Of a stretch of 64,000 nucleotides of DNA, positions 28,100 to 38,291 are shown one piece after another. The position numbers and the translations under genes are program-made. The first letter of the stretch is position 1; every line of letters starts with the position of its first letter. Source of the stretch: Candidatus Poribacteria bacterium. GTDB lineage: Bacteria > Poribacteria > WGA-4E > WGA-3G. The notes beneath the pieces are model-generated. The model was not told where the DNA came from. It searched no databases and saw only the letters and a program-made list of their open reading frames with translations. Location: assembly GCA_965205015.1 (NCBI GenBank), contig OZ242029.1, forward strand, positions 1,472,001 to 1,536,000. Reading direction: 5' to 3'.

Positions 28100-29173
28100 A
28101 TGAAGCGGATAGGATTTATCTCTTTACTCTTGATCTTTGGTATTCTGCCCGTTTTTGGACATATATCAGAGAACACGGTGCAAATTTTAGACTCGCGACA
28201 CCCCACCCTTGCGCATGAAAAGCCGGCGAGAGGTGTTCTTATTGCACAAAACTTAATGGCACAGAATTTGGAAGATGCTCCTGACGCGTCTACAAAGCAA
28301 AGCGATGCGGTTGATTTGGAGAAAGTGAAAGCCAGAAATGAAGGGCATATACAGCAGAAAGAGACACGACGGATATTTAAGATTATTAACGACTATCAGT
28401 TAGCAAAAGGCGAGGTATTAACAACACTCGTTATTATTGCGGCAGACGCGAGATTACAAGGACAGGTGACGGGCAATGTATTAGTCATCGGTGGAGACGT
28501 TCAATTGTCGTCAGAGGCACAAGTGAATGGCACTCTACACATTATCGGCGGGCAGATTACTGGAAATACACAAGGCGTCGCTAACCTTCACGTAAGCAAT
28601 GACTGGCATCTGGTACCCGCTGCGGGACACCTTGCCATGCATCCACATCGTCTGTGGGGTATCAGCAAGCAAGCGAATTTTCGCCTAACACTCATCAAAC
28701 TTGGATTTTTCCTCTTGATGTATCTATTGATAGTAGCCGTGCTTTCAAAGCCGATAAACGAGATAAGCGAACTCTTCGCGAGGCGACCCATCGGTAGCAT
28801 ATTATTTGGCATCTTGATGTTAGTTATGATCCCCTTTGTCCTCGCGGTGTTGACCCTGTCAATCATTGGGGTGCCATTCATGCTTTTGACGCTTTCGGTC
28901 TTGGTTCCCTTGGCAATCTGTGGTAAGGCAGCGATTTTCCTGACGCTCGGCAGTACCCTCTTCTCAGGGCGCTGGAGACCGCTCGCAGTCATATTTGGTT
29001 ATCTCCTCTACTTCATGGCAACATCCGTGCCGTATATTGACTGGGTAGTGTTTCTCATTGTCAATAGTATCGCTATTGGACTCTGCTTGCTCAGCGGCAT
29101 CAGTATGATACGTTCGCAAGAGCCCCGTAGAAACATCTCTCCACTCACGAGCAATGAGTGGGGATCTCGGTAG
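28100..29173 (+). CDS. Membrane protein with beta-helix (bactofilin-like) extracytoplasmic domain
   Basis: Signal-like N-terminus from ATG 28100, GQVTGNVLVIGGDVQL..AQVNGTLHIIGG repeats, C-terminal TM bundle with SIIGVP. Confidence 0.65.
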   Translation: MKRIGFISLLLIFGILPVFGHISENTVQILDSRHPTLAHEKPARGVLIAQNLMAQNLEDAPDASTKQSDAVDLEKVKARNEGHIQQKETRRIFKIINDYQLAKGEVLTTLVIIAADARLQGQVTGNVLVIGGDVQLSSEAQVNGTLHIIGGQITGNTQGVANLHVSNDWHLVPAAGHLAMHPHRLWGISKQANFRLTLIKLGFFLLMYLLIVAVLSKPINEISELFARRPIGSILFGILMLVMIPFVLAVLTLSIIGVPFMLLTLSVLVPLAICGKAAIFLTLGSTLFSGRWRPLAVIFGYLLYFMATSVPYIDWVVFLIVNSIAIGLCLLSGISMIRSQEPRRNISPLTSNEWGSR

Positions 29174-29190
29174 GAAAGAGTGTCGTCAGT

Positions 29191-30246
29191 ATGCAGTTAG
29201 CGTCCCCGTTCTCCCTGAGCTTGTTCATTGTAATTCCGCTACTGATATTCGCTTTACGGCACCTCCGTAGAGGCGAGGTGACCTCGCCCGTACACAGGCG
29301 GGGACCCCGGTTACGTGGACAGACAATCGCACCCGTCGTGCGTTTTTCTGATTTTAAACATGGGTTTGCAGCAAGCATTCAGCAGATGCGGCATACCTCT
29401 TCCGTTAAAGCGTTTCCGATACTGAGAGTGATCAGATTTATTGTTCTCGCGCTCCTCATTTTCTCCCTTGCTCGTCCGCAACTGTCCCAAAGCCGTGAGC
29501 ATCAATTCACTGAAGGTATTGATATTTTCTTAGTACTCGACACCTCGGAGAGCATGCGAGCAGAGGATTTTGAAGGGTCCAATCGCATTCAAATCGCTAA
29601 ATCCGTCGTTAATGATTTTTTGAGACACCGCCAAAACGATCGTATCGGTTTAGTTGTTTTTGCGGGTGAAAGTTTTACGCTCTGTCCCCTAACGTCAGAT
29701 TATTCCGTGTTAGTCGAATTGCTCCGAGATGTAGAGATTGGACAGCTCAAGGATGGCACGGCTATCGGTGATGCGCTTGCAACTGCCACCTATCGGTTAC
29801 GTGCCTCGGAATCTCAAACGAAGATTGTTATCCTCTTGACCGATGGTGAAAACAACGCTGGTAGCATTGCGCCGGGAGCCGCGGCTTCCCTCGCAGAATC
29901 TTTCGAGATTAAGGTTTACACGATCGGGATGGGAAAAGAGGGCGGCGCACGCATTCCTTACGCCGATACAACCTTTGGCAAACGCTATCGCGAGGTTTTA
30001 ACCTATCTCGACGAGGATACCCTTAAACAGATTGCCAACATAACAGGCGGACGCTATTTTCGTGCAACAGACACGCAATCGCTGAAACACATCTACGCAG
30101 AAATTGATCGTTTTGAGAAGACGAAATTTGAGACGGTCTCTTTAGTTGCACACAAGGCGTTGACGGCATACTTCTTAATACCCGCAGTACTCTTACTGGG
30201 AACCGAGATTTTACTGAGCAACACAGTGTTACGGAAAATTCCTTAG
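29191..30246 (+). CDS. BatA-like von Willebrand factor A domain protein
   Basis: LARPQ, MIDAS DTSES, DRIGLVVFAG, GTAIGDAL, LLTDGENN, C-terminal TM ending LRKIP. Confidence 0.88.
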   Translation: MQLASPFSLSLFIVIPLLIFALRHLRRGEVTSPVHRRGPRLRGQTIAPVVRFSDFKHGFAASIQQMRHTSSVKAFPILRVIRFIVLALLIFSLARPQLSQSREHQFTEGIDIFLVLDTSESMRAEDFEGSNRIQIAKSVVNDFLRHRQNDRIGLVVFAGESFTLCPLTSDYSVLVELLRDVEIGQLKDGTAIGDALATATYRLRASESQTKIVILLTDGENNAGSIAPGAAASLAESFEIKVYTIGMGKEGGARIPYADTTFGKRYREVLTYLDEDTLKQIANITGGRYFRATDTQSLKHIYAEIDRFEKTKFETVSLVAHKALTAYFLIPAVLLLGTEILLSNTVLRKIP

Positions 30247-30301
30247 GCAGAAGTCTGAATCGGGATTTTCGTGATTCGTTACCGCAAGGAAAATTTTAAA
30301 A

Positions 30302-31063
30302 ATGGAAAATATTATTGCATGTAATTTGGGAAGCTACCGACAGTTTCGCGCTGGAGCATACACGCACTTAGCAGAAATCGGTTTGACGAACGTGGAAATC
30401 GGTGTACCCGCGCCTGAATCCGTTGAGGCACTTCGTTCGGAATTGAATACGCACGGACTCACCGCTACGAGCCTACTTGGCAGTTGTGACGTTCAATCTG
30501 AAACGATCGTCTCAGATTTCCAGACGACGCTGGACATCGCTGATCAGATGGGCGTGAAGATTATTTTTGTCAGCGTGCACGCGGGTGAAACTGACATCAA
30601 CGCCGTCTATGATCGACTCCGTGCCATCGGCGAAAATGCTGCACCCGCAGGCATTAAAGTCTGTCTGGAAACACACCCGGATATGGTACATAATGGTGAT
30701 ATCGCACTTGAAACGATGCAAGCCGTGAATCATCCGAATATTTGCGTCAACTTCGACACCGGAAACGTCTACTATTACAATCACAATGTAACAGCGGTTA
30801 CGGAGGTCCAGAAAGTGATCGGGCATGTCGGTGCTGTCCACCTCAAGGATACAAACGGCGGTTATCGAACGTGGAATTTCCCGACGCTCGGTGAGGGCGT
30901 TGTCGATTTTAAGGCGGTATTTCAGACATTGAACGATGCGGGTTTCTACGGTCCTTTCACGATGGAATTAGAAGGGGTTGAGGGTGAAAACCTTGACGAA
31001 GCAGGCGCCAAGGCACGGGTCGCAGACTCGCTGCAACACCTGAAAAATATTGGAGTCATCTAA
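30302..31063 (+). CDS. Sugar-phosphate isomerase/epimerase (AP endonuclease 2 TIM barrel)
   Basis: LETH, NFDTGN, VHLKD, LGEGVVDF, TMELE. Confidence 0.88.
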   Translation: MENIIACNLGSYRQFRAGAYTHLAEIGLTNVEIGVPAPESVEALRSELNTHGLTATSLLGSCDVQSETIVSDFQTTLDIADQMGVKIIFVSVHAGETDINAVYDRLRAIGENAAPAGIKVCLETHPDMVHNGDIALETMQAVNHPNICVNFDTGNVYYYNHNVTAVTEVQKVIGHVGAVHLKDTNGGYRTWNFPTLGEGVVDFKAVFQTLNDAGFYGPFTMELEGVEGENLDEAGAKARVADSLQHLKNIGVI

Positions 31064-31428
31064 TGGATACGAATCTTTGTGTTATTCGATTGAGTGAGGG
31101 AGAGCGCATCGGTGATGTGCTCGGGAAAGTCTTGGATACCCCAGACATGACAACGATCGGGGCTTTCGCCGTTTCAAAGGAAAATCCCACTGAACTTCAC
31201 TATCACGATTTCGACGAGTACTGGTATTTCACAGAAGGCATGACGACAGTGACACTCCGAAACGCTGATGGAGAGTCTGAATCCTATCGTATCGGTCCTG
31301 GAGATTTGGTTGTTACGCCTAAAGGTGTCGAACATGGACACATCCCGGACGATGTCGTTAAAGGGGTGCAGTGGGTGAGCGTGATTCCCTCTGATGCCCG
31401 CCGTGGACATTTGCATCGCGATTTATAG
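31063..31428 (+). CDS. Cupin domain protein
   Basis: HYHDFDEYW and GDLVVTPKGVEH cupin motifs; TAATG coupling with the upstream gene. Confidence 0.85.
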   Translation: MDTNLCVIRLSEGERIGDVLGKVLDTPDMTTIGAFAVSKENPTELHYHDFDEYWYFTEGMTTVTLRNADGESESYRIGPGDLVVTPKGVEHGHIPDDVVKGVQWVSVIPSDARRGHLHRDL

Positions 31429-31455
31429 GCATATCCCGTTGTGCCGTAGCAAGGA

Positions 31456-31773
31456 ATGCCCAATATGAATACAGCAATCCTTACCAAAAGCGAGATCAAA
31501 CAAACGCTTCTCAGCCACCAGAACACACTGAGAACCTATGGTGTGAAACGCCTGGGCCTTTTCGGATCCTATGTTAAAAACACTGCTCATAGCGAGAGCG
31601 ACATCGATCTGCTTGTAGAACTTGAGGAAGTGTCATTTGACCGGTATATGGAACTCCGTATTTTTCTCGAAGACCTATTTCAGAAGAAGATTGACCTCGT
31701 CATTGCTGATTCACTCAAACCACGTTTGCGACCACGCATCGAAAAGGAAATTGAGTATGTCGCAGGACTCTAA
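31456..31773 (+). CDS. MNT-family minimal nucleotidyltransferase (MntA-type antitoxin)
   Basis: YGVKRLGLFGSY...SDIDLLVE...LEDLFQKKIDLV...LKPRLRPRI. Confidence 0.9.
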   Translation: MPNMNTAILTKSEIKQTLLSHQNTLRTYGVKRLGLFGSYVKNTAHSESDIDLLVELEEVSFDRYMELRIFLEDLFQKKIDLVIADSLKPRLRPRIEKEIEYVAGL

Positions 31774-31792
31774 TATCAAGAAAGGCAAAATT

Positions 31793-32695
31793 ATGTCAAT
31801 ACAAGAAAATCCGTTGCCATTGCGACGCTTAGGACGAACAGAATTAGAGGTTACATGTCTCGGTATGGGAGGCGCAGGCGTCGGCAGAGGCGATGTTACT
31901 GACGATGAAGCAATTGAAGCCGTCCACCGAGCCATCGACTTAGGGATAAACTATCTCGACACCGCACCGCTCTACGGTGAGAGTGAGAGACGGGTAGGAC
32001 TCGCACTCGCCGACGGTTGGCGTGAGAAGATTTATCTCGCCACGAAGATAGGAACGCACCCTGAATGGCGTGGCGATTTTAGTGCCTCGGGGACGCGTCG
32101 AAGTGTCGAAAATAGCCTGCGTCTACTCGGCACCGAGTGTCTCGATGTCTGCTTAGTGCATGACCCAGACAGCATGGACCCCGTTGTGGCAAAAGATGGC
32201 GCATTCGACGAACTCCAACGGATGCGCGAGGAAGGCCTGCTTAAGTTCATCGGGCTTGGGGTTCGACAACACGAATTTCACAAAATCGCCATCGAAACCG
32301 GTGTTGTTGATGTAATTCTAACGTATTTGGATTACACGCTTCTGAGCCAAACCGCAAACGATTGGTTGTTACCGCTTGCCGCTGAAAACGACATCGGGGT
32401 TATCAACGGCAGTCCCATCGCAATGGGATTGCTTTCAGGGATTGAGCCAGATGTATCCATTGAAAGGATGCACTTAGACACATCTGATGCCGAAAAAGCA
32501 CATCGACTCTGGCGGTGGGCAACCGATAACGATCTGAATCTTCTGAATCTCGCCATTCAATTCTGTTTCCGTCAACCTCGCCTCGCGATGAGTCTGACGG
32601 GTTCCAAGAATGCGGCAGAAGTAGAGCAGAATTTCGCCGCCGCTACGACCCCAGTTTCCGACGATGTATGGGAACAATTACAGGTACTGTTGTAA
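31793..32695 (+). CDS. Aldo/keto reductase
   Basis: RRLGRT..V..LGMG, DTAPLYG.SE, ATK, SL..LG...D...HDP, IGLG. Confidence 0.9.
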   Translation: MSIQENPLPLRRLGRTELEVTCLGMGGAGVGRGDVTDDEAIEAVHRAIDLGINYLDTAPLYGESERRVGLALADGWREKIYLATKIGTHPEWRGDFSASGTRRSVENSLRLLGTECLDVCLVHDPDSMDPVVAKDGAFDELQRMREEGLLKFIGLGVRQHEFHKIAIETGVVDVILTYLDYTLLSQTANDWLLPLAAENDIGVINGSPIAMGLLSGIEPDVSIERMHLDTSDAEKAHRLWRWATDNDLNLLNLAIQFCFRQPRLAMSLTGSKNAAEVEQNFAAATTPVSDDVWEQLQVLL

Positions 32696-32769
32696 GTAAC
32701 AGAACAGTCAGTTGTCGGTTAAGAAGTGTTCGTCTAACAAAGGGTTACTCTTAAGGTAGCATCAGAACC

Positions 32770-32859
32770 CGTAGCCCGTAATGTAATGGAGGGCGGGTTT
32801 AAGCAACGCACGTTAAAGTCCAAACGTCCGTTATTTACCCGCAAGGTATAATTAATAAA
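32770..32859 (+). repeat. Dispersed repeat (CCGCAAGG-ended family) abutting the SDR start
   Basis: GTAGCCCGTAATGTAATGGAGG...CAAACGTCC...CCGCAAGGTATAATTAATAAA followed by ATG; similar to the reverse complement of 59602-59703. Confidence 0.75.
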
Positions 32860-33609
32860 ATGAAATTTCAGGGAAGGGTTGCATTGGTAACCGGTGCAAG
32901 CCGTGGGATAGGACAGGCAACTGCACGCAAACTTGCCGGTGAAGGTGCAACTGTTGCTGTCCACTATTCTCGCGCCGTTGAGAAAGCGGAAGCCGTCTGT
33001 GAGCAGATTCGTGAGTTGGGACAAAAAGCAATACCTGTCCAAGCCGACATTGCTGATAGAGAGGCCGTAAACAGAATGGTCGCGACGGTGACGGAAGAAC
33101 TCGGGACAATCGAACTATTGGTAAACAATGCCGGAGATGTCGGTGATGTGGCGTTTGACGAACTCGCGCCTGAACATTGGGACAGGATTATCGCGATTAA
33201 TCTGACAGGTCCCTTCAACGTGTTATGGGCAGTCAAATCCGGGATGATTGAGAGGCAGTTCGGACGTATCGTCAACGTATCCTCAATCGCTGCATTGGCA
33301 GTCCGCCCGAACCAATTGCCTTATGCAGCAGCGAAAGCCGGCGTCATTGCGCTGACAAAATCGTGCTGCGGACCCCTTGCACCGCACAACATCCGCATCA
33401 ATTCGGTTGCCCCCGGGGCAATCGCGACAGATATGTTAGGGGAAGTCTCATCAGAGATGGTGGAACAACTTCGGTCTACGACCCCGCTCGGCAGACTCGG
33501 TGAACCGGAAGAGATGGCAGATGTGATAGCGTTCCTTTTGAGTGAGGAATCGAGTTATATGACAGGCTCAACTGTTATCGCGAGTGGTGGCAGAATCCTT
33601 ATTCCGTAA
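32860..33609 (+). CDS. SDR family oxidoreductase (FabG-like)
   Basis: TGASRGIG, NNAG, NVSS, YAAAK, PLGRLG. Confidence 0.92.
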   Translation: MKFQGRVALVTGASRGIGQATARKLAGEGATVAVHYSRAVEKAEAVCEQIRELGQKAIPVQADIADREAVNRMVATVTEELGTIELLVNNAGDVGDVAFDELAPEHWDRIIAINLTGPFNVLWAVKSGMIERQFGRIVNVSSIAALAVRPNQLPYAAAKAGVIALTKSCCGPLAPHNIRINSVAPGAIATDMLGEVSSEMVEQLRSTTPLGRLGEPEEMADVIAFLLSEESSYMTGSTVIASGGRILIP

Positions 33610-33633
33610 GGAAAAGAGACACAGCCTGACAGG

Positions 33634-34914
33634 CTATGCTACAGTCAGCGCAAGTTTTGTCTCACCAACCTCCAAATCGAACGCAACGAAGGTCTGCTTT
33701 CCTTCAATAAGAAACGTATCCCTCTGAAAATCGCGTCGGAAACGAACTTCGCGCAGATCCCACCCGTTAACCTGAACATGGCGGATCGGTGCATCAAGAG
33801 CGAGCGTAAAGTTTGCTGTGGGGAATTGGGTAGAGAGGTTAACTGACGTTACGGCAGAACGGCGTCTGCCTACTACTACTATATCGGTAAGTTCACGCGC
33901 CATCCAGTAGTGCCCAATCTCCGAATTCTTCATCCAGAGCGTCTTCGTGCCATCGGGATCATAACTGTCGAGCCGTGCCTTGACAGTTTTGAGTATATCG
34001 AACCCAGATTTTTCGCCGTTGAAATAGAATCCGGGCCAATGCCCAACGAGGACACACGGCAGTTCCTTTTCGAGAATCGGTGGCAAGCGACCGCCCTGTA
34101 AATCTTCTGTAATGAACCGATCGGCATCCCCCAAATCGTAGCCTGTCCAACCACCGAACCAGTCCCCCGCACATGAGACAATACTGGCAATCGCAATCCC
34201 TGCCTCTTTCTCAGCATACCAGATGGGGACATCCGGCAGTTCATCATGCTTGAGCCAGAGGAAATAGAACGGACGCGGATTGTTATTGACATATTGGGAG
34301 GCGGTTAGCACGGCTTTCGCATACGCCGCCTCCTGACGTTTTCCAAAGGCACCGGGACTCGTCACACCCTCACACGGGATGCCAACATTGTCAAGCATTT
34401 CCATCGCTGTGATGATGTAGTCCGTGAGTCTATTGTCAACCGGCGGATCCACCCATTCCACCTGCTCCCATTCTTCGGTGAGCGCGAATGTGTCCAGATC
34501 AACGACAGCAGTATGCGTGAGCATCTCGGGGGTCAAGTCGAAACTGGGCCAAATCAGTTCCCTGTAGATTCGCAGCCACGCTTGATATTCGTGTGTTGGG
34601 AAGTCCGGAAACCCTTCGTCGACGCGTCCGACGCCTGCTGGATAAGGAATGAGGCTAAATTTGCCTTTCACACCGTTTTCCCAGCACCATTCTGCCCATT
34701 CATAAGCGAAGTCTGAGGGGATTGCGGGGGGTATGCTTTTCAGCTGCGTGGCGTTGCCTTCCCAACGTTCTGGGGGGATATTGGGTTGGTGTCTCGCTTT
34801 CCAGGCGTGCCGTTGATGTATCCAGTAGTAGGTGAGATTGACCACGGGACACGAATCGTCAACAATAAGCGACAGCGGAGTCCTTAACAATGGGTTGCAG
34901 ACGGTCATATTCAT
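33634..34914 (-). CDS. Hypothetical protein, polysaccharide-deacetylase/GH57-like barrel
   Basis: LIVDDS, GKFSLIP, PEMLTH, GVTSPG, HW motifs resemble NodB-like barrels; function uncertain. Confidence 0.6.
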   Translation of the reverse strand: MNMTVCNPLLRTPLSLIVDDSCPVVNLTYYWIHQRHAWKARHQPNIPPERWEGNATQLKSIPPAIPSDFAYEWAEWCWENGVKGKFSLIPYPAGVGRVDEGFPDFPTHEYQAWLRIYRELIWPSFDLTPEMLTHTAVVDLDTFALTEEWEQVEWVDPPVDNRLTDYIITAMEMLDNVGIPCEGVTSPGAFGKRQEAAYAKAVLTASQYVNNNPRPFYFLWLKHDELPDVPIWYAEKEAGIAIASIVSCAGDWFGGWTGYDLGDADRFITEDLQGGRLPPILEKELPCVLVGHWPGFYFNGEKSGFDILKTVKARLDSYDPDGTKTLWMKNSEIGHYWMARELTDIVVVGRRRSAVTSVNLSTQFPTANFTLALDAPIRHVQVNGWDLREVRFRRDFQRDTFLIEGKQTFVAFDLEVGETKLALTVA

Positions 34915-35149
34915 AAAAAGTCTGGATTATGATTGATGTGATTCAATGGTTTGCCAGGATTGCCAGAGATCTTATCATTATGGTAATCGTGATAATCATA
35001 AGAATGCTGGTCTAACTTTAGCACACCCCGGGCAAAACAGCAAGGAAAATAAGAAGTCTGAACTATGATTGATGTGATTATCAGATTTACCAAGATTGTC
35101 GGAGGCCTTATTATCATGGAAAATTTTAAAAATCCTGGTTCTGACTTCG

Positions 35150-36634
35150 TTACTTCACCTCACTCATCAGAAACGAGACTTGTGCCATAATAAAGAAGAG
35201 TAGATTAAAGAGCACTAACAAGCTGACTTGGGATAACACACTCCGATAGGAAATCTGCTCCGAAAATACCGGCACAGCATCTGGATCCACAGGTTTCTGG
35301 GACAATCCCTCCTTCACAGGATAGATATGGAGACTCTCTGGATCACTCTGATCTTCCGCCTTGATGAAGTCTATGAACGTTTGACGATAGCGGCGCGCCT
35401 GTTTGACGAAATTCATATAACCCACGATACCCGTATTCGCAAGCCCTTCCATCGCATACTGGAAAGTCGCTATCGGAGAAATCTGGGTGAGATCGCGGGC
35501 AAGCTGCACCTGCCTAAACTGCTGATCAATGTGTTCATCAAGACTTTTTGTTTCTATCCCTTTCTGCGCTGTAAAGTATGTTGCCCACTGTCGCGTCGCT
35601 GATGGATTTTCAGTGGAGGGTGCTTGGTTCAACTTACTCGATGTTTCACCAGACACGCCCCAAGGCCCGTAGGCGCCCCAAGGCTGAAATTGATCCATAA
35701 TTTGCTTCAATTGCGCTTCTCTTCGTAATGAGACCTCGTCAACCGACGGAATTGGATTCAGGTTACCAACAAAGATCCCGAGTAGGTTCGGAAAGACAAA
35801 GGCGAGGAAAACCCAAGTGAGTAAGAGCCATACCAAACTTGTAATAGCGTTTGAGACGCGACTTGAAAAAAACAAACCGACGAAAATAAAAGCAGAAATG
35901 AGTAGCCCAAACAGTCCGACCATCCCCAGAATTCTGAGAGAGGTTCCCGAATCAAAGGAAAGACTCCCAGAAAGTTGGATAACTAATAGATTCATCAGGA
36001 TACCAATTACGAGTGGCACCATGAGCGTCAGAAATGCGCCGATGGACTTTCCCAACAACACTTGGCTGCGCGAGACCGTGTTGGACATCATCATACTGAG
36101 GGTGCCGCTGGATCGTTCCCCAGCGACGGCATCGAAAGTGAACAAGATGGCGAAAAAACTCATCAGTACACCGATGAAAACCCAGTCTATTTTGATACGA
36201 CGGGTTCCCCCCCCTTCATCAAAACTATTCAACGGATACCTTAACGTCCAAGGGCCCTTCCATGCATAAGCTTCAAATTTACCAGGCTTAGCACTGCGAC
36301 TGGCAGTGCCGTACTCCTGCATGATGACATAACGCGGTATCACTTCATCAGCCCCATTGGCGGAGAATTTCAGAGGACTCGGACGTTTCGGCATATCCCC
36401 GGGGCCTATCACCGCCAACTCCCCTAAACCCTGGGCGGCATACGTTTCAACATGAGATAACTTTTTTTCTACTTGCTTATTGTAGGCATTGACCTGTGTT
36501 ATGTATCCATCATCACCATAACCGTATATCAACGCGTTCGCTATCATCAGAAGGGGTAGCAGAATTATCATCAAAGCGAACCGGAGCGTCGTGAGATTGT
36601 GATGAATCTCTTTCTTCGCAATGTGCAAAATCAT
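35150..36634 (-). CDS. ABC-2-type transporter permease with large extracytoplasmic loops (B copy 2)
   Basis: HIAKKE, FDAVAGERSSGTL..MMSN.VSR..LLGK; paralogue of 39568-41019. Confidence 0.85.
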   Translation of the reverse strand: MILHIAKKEIHHNLTTLRFALMIILLPLLMIANALIYGYGDDGYITQVNAYNKQVEKKLSHVETYAAQGLGELAVIGPGDMPKRPSPLKFSANGADEVIPRYVIMQEYGTASRSAKPGKFEAYAWKGPWTLRYPLNSFDEGGGTRRIKIDWVFIGVLMSFFAILFTFDAVAGERSSGTLSMMMSNTVSRSQVLLGKSIGAFLTLMVPLVIGILMNLLVIQLSGSLSFDSGTSLRILGMVGLFGLLISAFIFVGLFFSSRVSNAITSLVWLLLTWVFLAFVFPNLLGIFVGNLNPIPSVDEVSLRREAQLKQIMDQFQPWGAYGPWGVSGETSSKLNQAPSTENPSATRQWATYFTAQKGIETKSLDEHIDQQFRQVQLARDLTQISPIATFQYAMEGLANTGIVGYMNFVKQARRYRQTFIDFIKAEDQSDPESLHIYPVKEGLSQKPVDPDAVPVFSEQISYRSVLSQVSLLVLFNLLFFIMAQVSFLMSEVK

Positions 36635-36646
36635 CTGTTCTCCTTT

Positions 36647-38185
36647 TTAACTCATCTCATATCTCAGAAAAGACACATAAGCCAACATAAACAGAACAAT
36701 ATTCCATGCCAACAAGATTAGAATATCCACAGAAGCGCGTGAGAAACTTTCGGAGAGGGAGAACCGCTGATGTCGATAAACCGGCAGATCCGCTAAATCC
36801 GCAGCACCTTGGTCATCGGAAAACCAGGCGCGCGAAGAAAATGCTTTTTTATCTTTCAAATATTCAACAATCTCGCGCTTATGGGTCCTGGAACTCTCAA
36901 GAAAGTCATTATAACTCTGCCGGTCGGTCCCCGCTATTGCCCCAACAGCAAAGCGGTACACATCTGCGAAGGAGATACGGGAGAGAAAATCTGCGAACTT
37001 CGCGTTCCGCTCTCGGTCGTCCGCAGGTTTTCTGAGAATTTCTTCCGCCCTATCCGTATACCCAATTCGAAGTGGTTCCTGATAACTTAAAAATTCTTGG
37101 AGAACAGACACATCGGCATCCTTAAGGTTTCTGATCTGATAACTCTCTGTCAGAAACCACTGTGCAGACATAGAGAAAGTGCCAGCAGACCCACGTTTTC
37201 TACCTTTTTCATCGCGGTGCCAAGAGACCGTCTCCGTTGGACTATCGTACCCCCTCTTTTTCAGGTGATCGCCGCGTTCTTTTCTGAAATCGTTCCAGAG
37301 TTGAATCGTCTGTTGAAAAATTTTCTCCTCCGAGTCCGGTTTATGTGGCGAAAATTTCGTCACCGCAAATGTCGCCACGTTCGCATGAACACTTGTCAGG
37401 ATCACCCAGAGAAACATCGAAAGAATTAATGTTGTCGTTGCTTCCTTCGTCCAAACAGATAAGAGCAGTCCTAAAAGATACCACGCTGACACGTACAACA
37501 GCGAAACAGCGAATATCAGAACAACGTGGGCAATGTCGCTTCCATCAAAGGCAATGTCAGGTGAAGAGAGTGCAAGCAACAGTGCCATAATCAAACTCAC
37601 CACAACAATCGGGAACAGCGACAACATACCGCCAAGGTATTTCCCCAAAACCACCGTGTCCCTCGGTATCGAATTAGATAATACGAGTTTCAGTGTGCCG
37701 TCCTCTCTTTCGCCTGAAATTGTGTTGTAAGCAAACAGAATCGCTAAAGCACTGAGTACGATTTTGAAGATGAAAACCACATCAACGGAGAGAAACATTG
37801 CGAGAAAAGGGTTGTCTGCCCCTATCTTCCGAGTCGTTTCGCCCCAACCGGGGGAACTGCTATCCCGTTTCCAAATCGGCTTGTCAGGCTCAACAACGAC
37901 CGTATTTACACCAGAAGTTTCCATCCCGATGTTAAAAATGCCGAGCGGATTCGGTTTTCTGTGCACCTTTGAACTAATATCAGTGTAGAGTTTCCAATTC
38001 TTTGCTTCTGCTTGGGATTCCCGGATAGCCGTATTATATCCCACTAAACGCTTTTCGTGATCATCCACTTGGACAAAAACAGCGACAGCCGTTGAAAGCA
38101 GACACACGATAAACCCAATCATGAAGCGGGATGTTAGCATATTTGAGACGAATTCGCGTTGGATAACAAGCCAAAGCGTATGCAT
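36647..38185 (-). CDS. ABC-2-type transporter permease (A copy 2)
   Basis: YNTISGEREDGTLKLVLSNSIPR..VVLGK, ends FLRYEMS; paralogue of 41108-42634. Confidence 0.85.
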   Translation of the reverse strand: MHTLWLVIQREFVSNMLTSRFMIGFIVCLLSTAVAVFVQVDDHEKRLVGYNTAIRESQAEAKNWKLYTDISSKVHRKPNPLGIFNIGMETSGVNTVVVEPDKPIWKRDSSSPGWGETTRKIGADNPFLAMFLSVDVVFIFKIVLSALAILFAYNTISGEREDGTLKLVLSNSIPRDTVVLGKYLGGMLSLFPIVVVSLIMALLLALSSPDIAFDGSDIAHVVLIFAVSLLYVSAWYLLGLLLSVWTKEATTTLILSMFLWVILTSVHANVATFAVTKFSPHKPDSEEKIFQQTIQLWNDFRKERGDHLKKRGYDSPTETVSWHRDEKGRKRGSAGTFSMSAQWFLTESYQIRNLKDADVSVLQEFLSYQEPLRIGYTDRAEEILRKPADDRERNAKFADFLSRISFADVYRFAVGAIAGTDRQSYNDFLESSRTHKREIVEYLKDKKAFSSRAWFSDDQGAADLADLPVYRHQRFSLSESFSRASVDILILLAWNIVLFMLAYVSFLRYEMS

Positions 38186-38291
38186 TTAATACACCTCATT
38201 AGCAGAATGACATCTGCAGCGGTTTCCTAAAGACAGCACATCATGAAATATTGCTATTTTGATGCTTGATCGGCGATAGCTGGAAAGTTAT

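Noticed and set aside
31622-31792. N-terminal extension of the aldo/keto reductase in the ORF track
   Set aside because: Overlaps the MNT gene; reductase similarity begins at ATG 31793.
34911-35149. 68-aa ORF 34911-35117
   Set aside because: Low-complexity GATT/AATC-rich intergenic repeat sequence with no protein features.
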